Below, piece after piece: positions 9,712-19,168 of a stretch of DNA of 64,000 bases. Origin of the DNA: Polyangia bacterium (lineage in GTDB: Bacteria; Myxococcota_A; Polyangia; Nannocystales; Nannocystaceae); NCBI GenBank assembly GCA_030429545.1, contig JAUIFF010000001.1, forward strand, positions 339,599 to 403,598, given 5' to 3'. The notes under the pieces were generated by a model, which saw nothing but the letters and a program-made list of their open reading frames with translations, had not been told where the DNA came from and did not search any database. The translations under genes were made by a program, and so were the position numbers. How positions within the stretch are numbered: the stretch's first letter is position 1; each line of letters begins with the position of its first letter.

Positions 9712-11982
9712 TTGCAAGCTTTGGGGCTCAGGTGCATATCTGCCTCGTCCCCGCCTACGTCCCCGACTCCGGGATTCAACGCGGTTTTGCCCGGCAGACT
9801 TTCGATGTCCACAGCGAACTCCAAAAACGGTGAGCAACACCCACGCTTGAGCTGGCGCGAGGGACTGTTTTTGGTCGGCCCCGACCCGCTGACCTCGCCG
9901 TACTACGCCTCGGGATTTTTGCTGCTGGCGGGGGTTGGCTACGCAACACCGATTTTTCAAATCGGCCTGTACCTGCTGCTGTTTTTGTTGGCACCGCTGT
10001 ACATCGAGGCTGTGCTGCTCACGCTGTCCAACGGCGGCACCTATGTGATGACACGCTACGCCCTGAGTCACCTCGGCAAGCTGGCGATTGGTGCAGCAGC
10101 ATTGGTCGGGGTGATCATTTCGTTTTCGTATGTAGCGACCGCGATCGTCAGCTTGTTGTCGTACAGCGATTACGTCATGGCCCTGGTGCCCAACCTCGAA
10201 GGCGGGACCAAAACCACGGCCGCGATCGGGCTCTCGGCGATTCCCTCGGCGATCTTTGGTGTATGGGTGATGCCTAGGCAGGCCAGGCGGATCATCGTCT
10301 CGGTGGCGTTCACTAGCCTCGCGGCCCTCGGGCTGTCCTCGATCATGTCGCCCGGGGCCGTGGTGATGTTCGCCCCGCTCATCATGTTGTTTATCCTCAA
10401 CAACCAAGGGCTCAAGGAGAGCGTCAAGGTCAGCAAAACGATCTTCTTGATCAACCTCGCGGTGATGGGCGTCACCATCATTTGTGGCCTGGGTTACTTG
10501 CTGATGCACGGAGGTAACTTCGACGCCCTGATCAACGGCAGTGAGCTGGCCGCGGGAACCCACTTTCCGGGGGGGCACGGCGAAGGCGATGGCCACGGTA
10601 GCGCCACGGCAGATGTCGGGTTTTTGCCGGGCCTTGCCATGCTCGGTGCCCCGTTACTGCTCGCCGGGGTCGGCAACTCGATCCTCGGGGCTTCCGGGGT
10701 GGAGTCGGTGATGAACATCCCCGAGGAACTCGACAACGCCCGCCGCGACGTCCCCAAAATCTACTTCTGGATGTTGTCGATTTTGCTATGTGTCGGCGGT
10801 TCGGTGGCGCTGCTACTGTTTTTGGTGCTACCGCCCGAGGTCTTGGTCGAGCATGCCGGTGAGTTGTTGGCCTACCTGGGGCTGCACGTGGTCACGGGCG
10901 TCACCGGCTCGCAGACACTGGGCGAAGTCTGGAAAGTTGTCATCATCGCCAACGCGGCGCTCATGCTGATCGGTGCCACCAACACCGGGTTTGCCGGGGC
11001 CCGCGGCCTGTGGATGACCATGGCCCGCGACAACCTGATGCCACGGGCCATCCTTACCCCCAACAGCCGCGGCGCGTTTGAGCGGATCCACTGGCTGATG
11101 TTACTGGCCGTGGGATTGTTGGCCATACAAGGAGATTGGAGCCTGCCCAAACTAGAGCGTTGGTACGGGGCGACCTTTGCCCTGGTGATGTTCTCCGGTA
11201 TGGTGGCGTTTATCCTGTTGCGGCGGTTTAAAGGGACGGATCGTCGGGTCTACACCGCCCCGTGGAATATTCCGGCGTTCGGTACAAAAGTACCGATTGG
11301 CGCGTTGATTGGGGTAGGGGTACTTGCCTATGCACTTTTGAGCATGTACTCGGCCAACCGCATCCACATTGGCGAGTTGCAATCGCTGGTGACGATCTGC
11401 GTGGTCCTCGTCGGCCTTGTGCTGCTGAGCTACAACCACCGCCCGCTGATGCGGGCCGGCTATCGCTATTTTCGCCAGGTTGTCGAGACCGTCGAGCCCA
11501 CCGCGATTGAGACACGGGACCGCACCATTGTTGTCGCCGTGGGTGGGGTGCGAATTGGCCGGTTGATCAAGCGGGCGATCGAGCTCGCGCGGCGCCAAAG
11601 CAAGGCCTCGGGGATTCCGTATCGCCAGGTGGTCGTCTTTCATATGTCGCGCCACGTCAACAGTGAGCGGATTTACCGGGTCTCCCGCGACTCGGTGCGG
11701 CCCGACGGCATCGAAGGCAATACCGTTCGAATCTACACCGAGCTCACCGAGGTCGCGCCGGATGACATGACGGTCTACCTGGCACTGGTGCCCAACCCCA
11801 CGCCCGAACGCCCGACCTTGGAGGCGGCGATGGACGCCCTTGTCGACTTCCACAGGTCCCACGAGTTCAAGGGCCACATGGTGATGATCGGCACCTATGG
11901 CGTGCGTCAGGCTGACATCGAAGCGCTCGATGCCCGGCTCGAAGGCTCGACGTTGGTGCCGGTGCCCTTGTTTGAGGACTAA
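9712..11982 (+). CDS. APC-superfamily transporter-like polytopic membrane protein with a C-terminal cytoplasmic domain
   Basis: About 12 predicted hydrophobic helices across the first roughly 500 aa, with amino-acid-permease-like spacing. A soluble roughly 230-aa C-terminal domain follows. The true start may be the internal MSTANSK at 9805. Antisense ORFs 9628..10596 and 11152..12639 were rejected. Confidence 0.5.
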   Translation: MQALGLRCISASSPPTSPTPGFNAVLPGRLSMSTANSKNGEQHPRLSWREGLFLVGPDPLTSPYYASGFLLLAGVGYATPIFQIGLYLLLFLLAPLYIEAVLLTLSNGGTYVMTRYALSHLGKLAIGAAALVGVIISFSYVATAIVSLLSYSDYVMALVPNLEGGTKTTAAIGLSAIPSAIFGVWVMPRQARRIIVSVAFTSLAALGLSSIMSPGAVVMFAPLIMLFILNNQGLKESVKVSKTIFLINLAVMGVTIICGLGYLLMHGGNFDALINGSELAAGTHFPGGHGEGDGHGSATADVGFLPGLAMLGAPLLLAGVGNSILGASGVESVMNIPEELDNARRDVPKIYFWMLSILLCVGGSVALLLFLVLPPEVLVEHAGELLAYLGLHVVTGVTGSQTLGEVWKVVIIANAALMLIGATNTGFAGARGLWMTMARDNLMPRAILTPNSRGAFERIHWLMLLAVGLLAIQGDWSLPKLERWYGATFALVMFSGMVAFILLRRFKGTDRRVYTAPWNIPAFGTKVPIGALIGVGVLAYALLSMYSANRIHIGELQSLVTICVVLVGLVLLSYNHRPLMRAGYRYFRQVVETVEPTAIETRDRTIVVAVGGVRIGRLIKRAIELARRQSKASGIPYRQVVVFHMSRHVNSERIYRVSRDSVRPDGIEGNTVRIYTELTEVAPDDMTVYLALVPNPTPERPTLEAAMDALVDFHRSHEFKGHMVMIGTYGVRQADIEALDARLEGSTLVPVPLFED

Positions 11983-12082
11983 CGTGCAAGGGCGTTTTAG
12001 CTCGCCGCGAGGCCCGGGAAAAACTTGTTGGTACAACGAGATCAGGACCCTGGGGCAAGCCCGGGTACCGCGAAAGCGCAGC

Positions 12083-13798
12083 ATGCATGCTAGGCTTGGG
12101 CTGATGCGGCGAAGTCTCTTAGCTGTGTGGGTCATGTTCGCCGGCCTTGGTTGTGGTCCACCCGATCCGGTCGACGAGTATGAGCCGGTTGTGTGCGAGG
12201 GCGTGCTCGACATCCCCGATGCCAACCTGCGGGCGTTGTTGCTCGAAAAAGTGGGAACGCCGGTCGAGACCGAAGGTGAGACCGGGGACACCGGGGGCGA
12301 AACCGAGGGCGAGCCTGAGCTCGAACTACGGGCCGAGGCGTTGGCCGAACTTATTGGCCTGCGTGCGAGTTCAGCTGAGATAAGCGACCTGCGCGGGCTC
12401 GAGTGTGCGACCGGATTGCAGAGTTTGGGACTCGCCGACAACCAAATTACAAGCTTGGTCCCGCTCGCGTTTTTGACACAGTTGCGCGAGCTCGAAGTCT
12501 CCAACAATTCGCTCGACTCGCTCCAGCCACTCGAACGTTTAGGGGGCCTCGAAGTCCTCACCGTAGCCGAAACCGGGCTGACACAAATCGGTGCTGTCGC
12601 TGGGATGCCGGCGCTTCGCCACCTTGACATCGCAAACAATGCAATTACATCGATATCGCCAGTCGAAAGTTTGACAGGTCTCGAGTCGCTCTATGCCCCG
12701 GGCAACCAGATTTCCGACCTTTCACCCCTGAATGACCTTACAGAGCTGTTTTCGCTTGCGCTCAATAGTAACGAGGTAAGTGATATCCGTCCGCTCGCCG
12801 GGCTGGTCAACCTCGAGTTTGTCGATTTACGTGATAATACAATCACTGACCTGTCACCGCTTGAGGCCCTGACCAAGCTGCGCGACCTCGATTTGAGTGA
12901 CAACGCGATCGCCAGCATGCAAGGGTTGGGCAGCAAGCCCGACCTCGTTGAACTCGGGCTCGATGGCAACGCGATCACCCGTATTGAGGTCGACCATATG
13001 CCTTTGCTTGTCACCCTCGACCTCGATGACAACGCCGTGAGCGACCTCGGGGAGGTTGGGATGTTGCCCAAACTGCGCACCCTCGAGCTCGATGATTGTA
13101 ACGTCAAGGATCTCGGGCCACTGGCCGGGATGGTCACCCTGCGTCGACTCGACCTCCTCAACAACCCGGCGGTGTCGGATGTCGGGCCGCTGGCCCAGGT
13201 CCCGTCACTCGACTATGTGCGTATTGGCGGTGGGCAGGTGAACGACCTGCAGCCGTTGTCTGGGCTTGCCTTCCTGCGCCATATCGAGTTTATCGACGTC
13301 GGGCTCGGCGACCTCACGCCGTTGGTCTCGTTGGCTTCACTCCGGGTGTTGAGCCTTCGCGGGAGCACAACGGTCGGCAACGCGGAACTTGCGGTGATCG
13401 ACGAAATCAGCGAACTCACGAGCCTTGACCTCAGCGACACCGCGGTGAGCGACCTCGAGCCGCTGGCCTCTATGCTTGAGCTTCAGGCATTTGCAGCTGC
13501 AAATACACAGGTCAATACCCTCGAAAATATGACGCAATGGACCAAGCTGGAAACCCTCAACCTTTCGGGGACGCCACTGGCGTCGCTCACGGGTTATGAG
13601 GAACTCAATCGCGTAGCCAGTTTCGACCTCGACAATACCAACGTCGCCGACATCACCGCGATCGTCGACTACGCCGGGTTTCGCAACGGGGATGTCCTCA
13701 AAGTTCGGGGGACGCCACTCGATACCGGTGACTGTACAAATATCCTGGCACTACGAGAGCGTGGAGCTGTGGTCGAGACCGATGTGGTGTGCGAGTAA
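12083..13798 (+). CDS. leucine-rich-repeat (LRR) lipoprotein
   Basis: ATG at 12083 (MHARLGLMRRSLLAVWVMFAGLGCG, lipobox LGC). Acidic GETGDTGGETEGEPE linker. Then about 20 tandem 22-residue LRR units (LxxLxLxxNxIxDLxPLxxL...). Confidence 0.7.
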   Translation: MHARLGLMRRSLLAVWVMFAGLGCGPPDPVDEYEPVVCEGVLDIPDANLRALLLEKVGTPVETEGETGDTGGETEGEPELELRAEALAELIGLRASSAEISDLRGLECATGLQSLGLADNQITSLVPLAFLTQLRELEVSNNSLDSLQPLERLGGLEVLTVAETGLTQIGAVAGMPALRHLDIANNAITSISPVESLTGLESLYAPGNQISDLSPLNDLTELFSLALNSNEVSDIRPLAGLVNLEFVDLRDNTITDLSPLEALTKLRDLDLSDNAIASMQGLGSKPDLVELGLDGNAITRIEVDHMPLLVTLDLDDNAVSDLGEVGMLPKLRTLELDDCNVKDLGPLAGMVTLRRLDLLNNPAVSDVGPLAQVPSLDYVRIGGGQVNDLQPLSGLAFLRHIEFIDVGLGDLTPLVSLASLRVLSLRGSTTVGNAELAVIDEISELTSLDLSDTAVSDLEPLASMLELQAFAAANTQVNTLENMTQWTKLETLNLSGTPLASLTGYEELNRVASFDLDNTNVADITAIVDYAGFRNGDVLKVRGTPLDTGDCTNILALRERGAVVETDVVCE

Positions 13799-13813
13799 CC
13801 GCTGGCGTACGTT

Positions 13814-14518
13814 CTAGGACCTACGCAGTCGCGACCAGGCAAGCGCCGCGGCCCCGACAACCCCAGCGCGCGCAGCCCAGCGAATGCCCTTGAGAACGCG
13901 GATCCGGGTGCGCATCTGTTGGCGATCGTTGAGGTGGGGGAACGGCTCAGCCGGGGTGTCGACACCCAAAAACTCACACAGTGGCTCCCAACCCTGCTTG
14001 ACTGAGTAGACCAACAGGCGCTCGGGCGGGACATCGCGTTTGACCTGTTCGATGTGGTCGTTGAAGATTTTGATTGCATAATCACGGTTTAAAAACCGGC
14101 CGTGAAAGGTGCCGTCCCAGGCAGTCGCGGACCCAACCCGAGCCACCGCTTTGAGGCCGCGGGCAGGCAGCCACCGAGGTGTGTTGAGCGTCAGCGGATA
14201 AATTGTTTGGGCGACGCTCTCGTACCAGCGCTCGGGGTCGCGGACCGTCAGCAACACCTTGGCGTCGGGGTAGAGCTGCATGAGCTCGCGGTAGAAGATG
14301 CAACTGGGCCAGTCGAGACTGGACTGGTAACCAGCAAACAGTGAGTCCCAATCGACAGCCTCACCTCGGGCCGCCGCCAACCAGTGTGGGGCTTGCTGCG
14401 GGTGCTTGAGTACTTCGACCATGTGGTGGCACGTGCCAAAGCCGAGGCGTTCGAGAGCGGCCTTGAGCGAGGTCGTGCCGGTGCGGCCAAATCCGGCCCC
14501 AATGATTTTGAGTCCCAT
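13814..14518 (-). CDS. sulfotransferase-family protein (P-loop-like GxGRTGTT PAPS-binding motif)
   Basis: N-terminus MGLKIIGAGFGRTGTTSLKAAL plus downstream ...LLTVRDPERWYES... are characteristic of small bacterial sulfotransferases. Confidence 0.7.
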   Translation of the reverse strand: MGLKIIGAGFGRTGTTSLKAALERLGFGTCHHMVEVLKHPQQAPHWLAAARGEAVDWDSLFAGYQSSLDWPSCIFYRELMQLYPDAKVLLTVRDPERWYESVAQTIYPLTLNTPRWLPARGLKAVARVGSATAWDGTFHGRFLNRDYAIKIFNDHIEQVKRDVPPERLLVYSVKQGWEPLCEFLGVDTPAEPFPHLNDRQQMRTRIRVLKGIRWAARAGVVGAAALAWSRLRRS

Positions 14519-14599
14519 CGGCGGGAGTCTATCGCGGAGTCAGATGTGGCTTGCGTGGACAATTTCAGAAGATGCAGGGCTCGGGGTACACCGAGTGCG

Positions 14600-15568
14600 A
14601 TGGGGAGCAGTCTCGAAGCCGCGGCGGGTCAATTTCTCGAGTACCTCCGCAGTGAGGTGCGTGCCTCCGTACATACGATTCGTGCCTACGAGCGCGACAT
14701 TCGGGGGTTTGCCGAGGGCGTTCAGGCTCGGCGTGAGCGTGCGCCACGGGTGCAAGACCTCAACCTCCGGAGCGTGCGGGCCCACCTCGCGGACCTGTTT
14801 GGCAAAGTTGCTCCGAGCACGGTCGCGCGCAAGCTGTCATCGTTGCGCAGTTTTGCCGAGTTTTGCCGCAGCCGTGGGATGTTGCCCGAAAACGAAGTCG
14901 CCCTGATCCGCCGCCCCAAACTCGGGCGCAAACTGCCGGTGGCCCTACCGGTCGAGGACATCACCGAGATAATCGACGGCAAGGGGCACGCCAGCGGGGC
15001 GAGGGGGCTGCGAGATCGGGCGATCCTCGAGGTGCTCTATGGTGCAGGTTTACGCGTCAGCGAAGTTGCCAAACTCGACCTCGAGCACGTGCGCCATGAG
15101 GGAGCGGACGTCACCCTACGGATCGTCGCCGGCAAGGGCAATAAGGACAGGCTCGTGCCGCTCGGGCGGGTCGGAAGTGAGGCCCTCGCGGCCTACGTGG
15201 CGGTCCGAGACACGCTTGTCAAACCTCGCTCCAAGGGGACTGGCGCACTGTTCTTGAGCAATCGCGGGCAACGGCTCGGAGTCCGGACAATTCGCAACCT
15301 CGTGTATCGCAGGTGCGAACAAACCGGGGCACGGGCCCGCATTGGCCCCCACGGGATGCGCCACAGCTTTGCCACCCACCTGCTCCAAAGTGGGGCCGAC
15401 CTGCGCAGCATTCAGGAGATGCTTGGTCATGCAAGTTTATCGACGACCGAGCGTTACACCCATCTCGACCTCGGCCGCGTGACCGAGGTCTACGAGCGCA
15501 GTCACCCGCGGGCGGGGGCAAGCCGCGAAGCCTCGCGCTACAAGCTGCCGAAGTCTGGTGACAACTGA
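14600..15568 (+). CDS. tyrosine site-specific recombinase, XerC/XerD family
   Basis: ATG at 14600 verified. N-terminal core-binding domain (...FLEYLRSEVRASVHTIRAYERDIRGF...). Catalytic signature ...GLRVSE..., HGMRHSFATHLL, and LGHASLSTTERYTHL (the R-H-R-Y residues). XerC versus XerD cannot be told apart by eye. Confidence 0.8.
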   Translation: MGSSLEAAAGQFLEYLRSEVRASVHTIRAYERDIRGFAEGVQARRERAPRVQDLNLRSVRAHLADLFGKVAPSTVARKLSSLRSFAEFCRSRGMLPENEVALIRRPKLGRKLPVALPVEDITEIIDGKGHASGARGLRDRAILEVLYGAGLRVSEVAKLDLEHVRHEGADVTLRIVAGKGNKDRLVPLGRVGSEALAAYVAVRDTLVKPRSKGTGALFLSNRGQRLGVRTIRNLVYRRCEQTGARARIGPHGMRHSFATHLLQSGADLRSIQEMLGHASLSTTERYTHLDLGRVTEVYERSHPRAGASREASRYKLPKSGDN

Positions 15569-15604
15569 CCTCGCGCTCGCGGCTTGGATGTATAAACACT
15601 TTTA

Positions 15605-16135
15605 TTGTCACCTCATCGGGCGGCGGTGAGCGTTCTTGCTCCACCGAAACGCCGCCACGGCTTTGTGATCGGCTGGATGTTCGCTATCGTTGGCCCGATG
15701 CTGACGCGGACCCTGGTCGTAACCTTTGTTGTCGCCACGCTCGGCGGTATTGCCTGTGGGCCGGGCGGAGGAGGCGAGTTTGCTAGTTCGCCCTGCGAAG
15801 GTCCGGCCGACTGCTATCCCGATGTCGACCACGCACAGCTACGGGGGGATGTTGTTTGTATCGACAAGGTCGAGTACGGTTATTGTACACACAACTGTCA
15901 AACCGATGCAGATTGCTGTGCGGTTCCCGGAGAGTGTCGAACCAACATCCAACAGGTGTGCTCTCCGTTCGAGAATATGTCGCAAAAGCGGTGCTTCTTG
16001 TCGTGCGAGGCCGCCGACCTCCCCGGCGATTACAAGGGTGAAGCTGATCGGTTTTGCAGCGACTACATGTTTGCCGGTTGGACCTGTGCCTCGAGCGGAG
16101 GTGGGTCGGAGAACCGAAAAATTTGTAAGCCGTAG
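15605..16135 (+). CDS. small secreted cysteine-rich protein (about 12 Cys)
   Basis: Hydrophobic N-terminus (MFAIVGPMLTRTLVVTFVVATLGGIACG). Mature part rich in paired Cys (CEGPADCYPD..., CTHNCQTDADCC...). No family recognised. Confidence 0.45.
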   Translation: MSPHRAAVSVLAPPKRRHGFVIGWMFAIVGPMLTRTLVVTFVVATLGGIACGPGGGGEFASSPCEGPADCYPDVDHAQLRGDVVCIDKVEYGYCTHNCQTDADCCAVPGECRTNIQQVCSPFENMSQKRCFLSCEAADLPGDYKGEADRFCSDYMFAGWTCASSGGGSENRKICKP

Positions 16136-16160
16136 AACTCGGCTTACGGGTAAGTTTTCG
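16125..16160. terminator. bidirectional hairpin terminator between convergent genes
   Basis: gtaagccg (16125-16132), loop tagaact, cggcttac (16140-16147), followed by gggtaagttttcg. The stop codon of the upstream CDS lies in the loop. Sits between the + gene ending 16135 and the - gene ending 16173. Confidence 0.5.
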
Positions 16161-16172
16161 ACCTCGTGCAGT

Positions 16173-17102
16173 TTACGGACGCCACACGAAGGTTCGCCGT
16201 CCGCTGCGGCTGCTGGCGTTCCCCAAACGGGCAACAACTTCACCACGGATCTTGTCTTCGGGCACCCAGCCGACGGCCCGCGAGTCACAGCAGGCGCCTT
16301 CGTCACGGTTGTCGGCGATCACCAAAAAGCCTTCGGCCTCCATCTCAACCGGAGTGTTGTCCTCCGGGAGCCCCATCACGGGCCACCTCGGCTGTTCGAG
16401 ATCGGGGTGGAGCAGCACTTGATAGTCACGCTCCTCGATCTGTTCGTGGGCCGAGGGTCGCAAACCATTGCTGTGTTCGGTTTTTAGGGGCAACGAGGCG
16501 CCGGGCTTTTGCACGAGCGGTTTGCCGTTGATGGCCAGCCCCATGGCGGCACCCGGGACGTGGAAGGTCACGGTGTCCCCCGGTCGTGCGAGAATTCGGC
16601 CCACACGCAACTTACCGGCATTCTCCAAGCTGTCGGAAGGGTCATCTACCTGCGAGCGTTCCTGGACACTGTCCCAATGTTCATCGCTCAGGCCAAGGTC
16701 GTCGGGATCGATAACGGCGGTGTTGCGCAGTTGACCGCGGGGATTTTGGGTGGCATCGGCGTGTTGGCGGGGCGCGGGGTCCCCACGCCCCGGGCGTTCG
16801 ATCGGGACCACGACTTGCTGGGCAACCAGTTGCTGCTTGACCGGCTCGTAGACCACCAAATCGCCGCGTTCGAGCCCCCAGGCGCCGCGGATCATCATGA
16901 CGTATTCGCTGTCGAGGATGGTCGGAGCCATGCCGTCGCCATGGATCTTTACGACCGTAGCCGTGCTCACCCGTACCAAAACGAGCAGGCAACCACACAC
17001 CAAAACGCCCCACGCGAGGCGGGTGGAGAGGCTGCGAGAGCCAAGTTTTCGCCTTCGGCGGCGTTCGTCTTCGTAGTCGTCTCTGCGAAACCAGCGCAAC
17101 AA
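16173..17102 (-). CDS. type I signal peptidase (S26) homolog, apparently lacking the Ser/Lys catalytic dyad
   Basis: N-terminal TM anchor. Box B-like VKIHGDGMAPTI, box C GDLVVY, box D-like LRVGRILARPGDTV, box E GFLVIADNRDEGACCDSRAVG. At the expected catalytic positions, box B reads G-D-G-M where G-D-S-M is expected, and box D reads G-R where K-R is expected. By eye both residues are Gly. Confidence 0.75.
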   Translation of the reverse strand: MLRWFRRDDYEDERRRRRKLGSRSLSTRLAWGVLVCGCLLVLVRVSTATVVKIHGDGMAPTILDSEYVMMIRGAWGLERGDLVVYEPVKQQLVAQQVVVPIERPGRGDPAPRQHADATQNPRGQLRNTAVIDPDDLGLSDEHWDSVQERSQVDDPSDSLENAGKLRVGRILARPGDTVTFHVPGAAMGLAINGKPLVQKPGASLPLKTEHSNGLRPSAHEQIEERDYQVLLHPDLEQPRWPVMGLPEDNTPVEMEAEGFLVIADNRDEGACCDSRAVGWVPEDKIRGEVVARLGNASSRSGRRTFVWRP

Positions 17103-17479
17103 GTTGGCCTGCCTGGGTTGGGGTGCGCGTCATTGTCGGGCATCGGCAGGGCTTTACCAAAAAACGGCGATTTTTGGGGTGACGGGGAGACAGGTCGCCG
17201 TAGATGGGTGCGCTTTGCCAGGCTATGTGTATCAACAAGAAAATTGGCGTTCGACCGCATGGTCGCTACCGTCGCGGGGTAATTTCGCCTATGGCGGTTG
17301 CCCTCTCAAACGAAGACCTCAATTTGTTTGGCCAGGGTTCTCTAGGTACCAGTTTGTATGCGGCCCGACGACATGGAGTCGACAAGAAGGCGGAGTTTTC
17401 GGTGTCGCTCGCACAGTTTTCACGGTGAATAACGTTTTTTTGTCATGTCTTTAAGATATGTCTGAAATAACATGTCCTT

Positions 17480-19087
17480 ATGGGCAATGGAAAACGGGAA
17501 AGTAAGTACGACTCTGGTAACGTTTGGACTACATGGCCGCGGCTGCTCGCGGTTGGGGTTGCAGCCTTGCTCCTGTCGCCCGTAGCAGCCTGCAGCAGTG
17601 GTGGAGATACAACCAGCGAAACACTTGGGACCGAGGGTCCGACAACCACGACGACGACCACAACCGCCGGGCCGGGAACAACCGACACCGACACCGACAC
17701 CGGGGCCGACACGGCTGCGACGGCGAGCGGGGGTGATTGCGGGAATGGCGAAGTCGACGAAGGCGAGGCCTGCGACGACGGTAACGATGACAACACCGAT
17801 TCGTGTCTCAACACCTGTGAGGAGGCAAGCTGCGGTGATGCGTTCGTGCAGGTCGGTGTCGAAGAGTGCGACGACGGCAACGACGACGACAGCGACTCCT
17901 GCACCAGCAACTGCCAGCTGCCAGTTTGCGGGGATATGATCGTCCAAGAGGGCGAGGAGTGCGACGACGGTAACGACGATGACACGGATGCTTGTACGAG
18001 CACGTGTGTGGCAGCAGCCTGCGGCGATGGTGTGGCCCAAGAGGGCGAAGAGTGTGACGACGGCAACACTGAAGACACCGACGAGTGCACCAACGCCTGC
18101 ACACTGCCAGTGTGCGGTGACGGTGTGGTGTCGAACGGTGAAGAGTGCGACGACGGCAATGCCGAAGATACCGACGCCTGCACCATGGAGTGCGTCGCCG
18201 CAGTCTGTGGCGACGGGATCGTGTGGGAAGGAACCGAGGCCTGCGACGACGGCAACGATGTCGATGACGATGAGTGTTCCAATATGTGCGCCCTCGCCAG
18301 CTGTGGTGACGGCATCGTCCAGATGGGCGAGGAGTGTGACGACGGCAACGATGTCGACTCCGATGAGTGTCCGACCAACTGCCTCAACGCCGTCTGCGGC
18401 GATACTTTTGTCCAAGAAGGGGTCGAGGATTGCGATGATGGCATGGAGTCGGAGATGTGCGACGGCGACTGCACGGCTGTGGAGTGTGGTGATGGCCTAG
18501 CCAACACGCTCGCGGGCGAGGAGTGCGACGACGGAAACGACGACGATACCGATGAGTGCGTTTCCGGTTGTGTCGCCGCGACCTGCGGTGACGGGTTCGT
18601 GCAGGACGGAGTCGAAGAGTGCGACGATGGCAACGAAAACAACGACGACGCGTGCACCAATGATTGTATGCTCAATCAAATCAACATCACCATGAGCTGC
18701 AACCAGGGGCAGGATTGCCAGCAAGAGTGCAACCCGTGGAACTCGTTCCGCTCCAGCCTCACAGGCGGTACCTACTCGGCAGTCACCCTCCGGGGCAGCT
18801 CGGACATGGTCGGTCAAACCTGCTCCAATCCAGCCCTTGCCAACCAGATTTGCAACAACCTCGCCACCGGCACGGCAACCAACGTCCAGTGCGACGGTCG
18901 AACCTGGCGAATCGGTAACTGCGGAGCAGGCGTGGAGATCAACGCCAACGGCAACATGTGTAGCTGCGCAGCCGGATGGGTGGTGCGCCCCTGCATCAAC
19001 CAAGGCAATCCCAACTGGGGCGGCATGAACACGGCGACCTGTAATAGTCCAACACAGACGCTCGAAGTCATCTGTTTTGGCGGCTAG
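17480..19087 (+). CDS. lipoprotein made of tandem Myxococcus-type cysteine-rich repeats ([27 protein letters not shown])
   Basis: Signal with lipobox-like VAACSS. Thr-rich spacer. About 11 consecutive roughly 40-aa repeats carrying ECDDGN(D/T)xDTD(A/E)C...C(V/L)xAxCGDG. Cys-rich non-repeat C-terminal domain. Antisense ORFs 17420..18415 and 17443..18675 are mirror artefacts. Confidence 0.7.
   Translation: MGNGKRESKYDSGNVWTTWPRLLAVGVAALLLSPVAACSSGGDTTSETLGTEGPTTTTTTTTAGPGTTDTDTDTGADTAATASGGDCGNGEVDEGEACDDGNDDNTDSCLNTCEEASCGDAFVQVGVEECDDGNDDDSDSCTSNCQLPVCGDMIVQEGEECDDGNDDDTDACTSTCVAAACGDGVAQEGEECDDGNTEDTDECTNACTLPVCGDGVVSNGEECDDGNAEDTDACTMECVAAVCGDGIVWEGTEACDDGNDVDDDECSNMCALASCGDGIVQMGEECDDGNDVDSDECPTNCLNAVCGDTFVQEGVEDCDDGMESEMCDGDCTAVECGDGLANTLAGEECDDGNDDDTDECVSGCVAATCGDGFVQDGVEECDDGNENNDDACTNDCMLNQINITMSCNQGQDCQQECNPWNSFRSSLTGGTYSAVTLRGSSDMVGQTCSNPALANQICNNLATGTATNVQCDGRTWRIGNCGAGVEINANGNMCSCAAGWVVRPCINQGNPNWGGMNTATCNSPTQTLEVICFGG
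17750..18660 (+). repeat. coding tandem repeat array (about 120-nt period) encoding the cysteine-rich repeats
   Basis: Recurrent gagtgcgacgacggcaacga... / tgcggcgatgg... units are visible at nucleotide level. Confidence 0.6.
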
Positions 19088-19103
19088 CGAGTGTTATTTG
19101 CGC

Positions 19104-19136
19104 AGGCGGGGCCCATAGCGGGTCCCGTTTTTTATC
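19104..19136 (+). terminator. putative rho-independent terminator
   Basis: GC-rich imperfect hairpin gcggggccc-atagc-gggtcccg followed by ttttttatcg, 17 bp after the stop at 19087. Confidence 0.4.
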
Positions 19137-19168
19137 GATTACGGGCAAATGCTGGCCGACTCAAGGAC

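Noticed and set aside
17420-18675. Two long minus-strand ORFs (331 and 410 aa) rich in Ser/Val/Ala/His repeats
   Set aside because: They are the reverse-complement reading of the CDDGN repeat array. The plus-strand protein has a signal peptide and a known repeat family.
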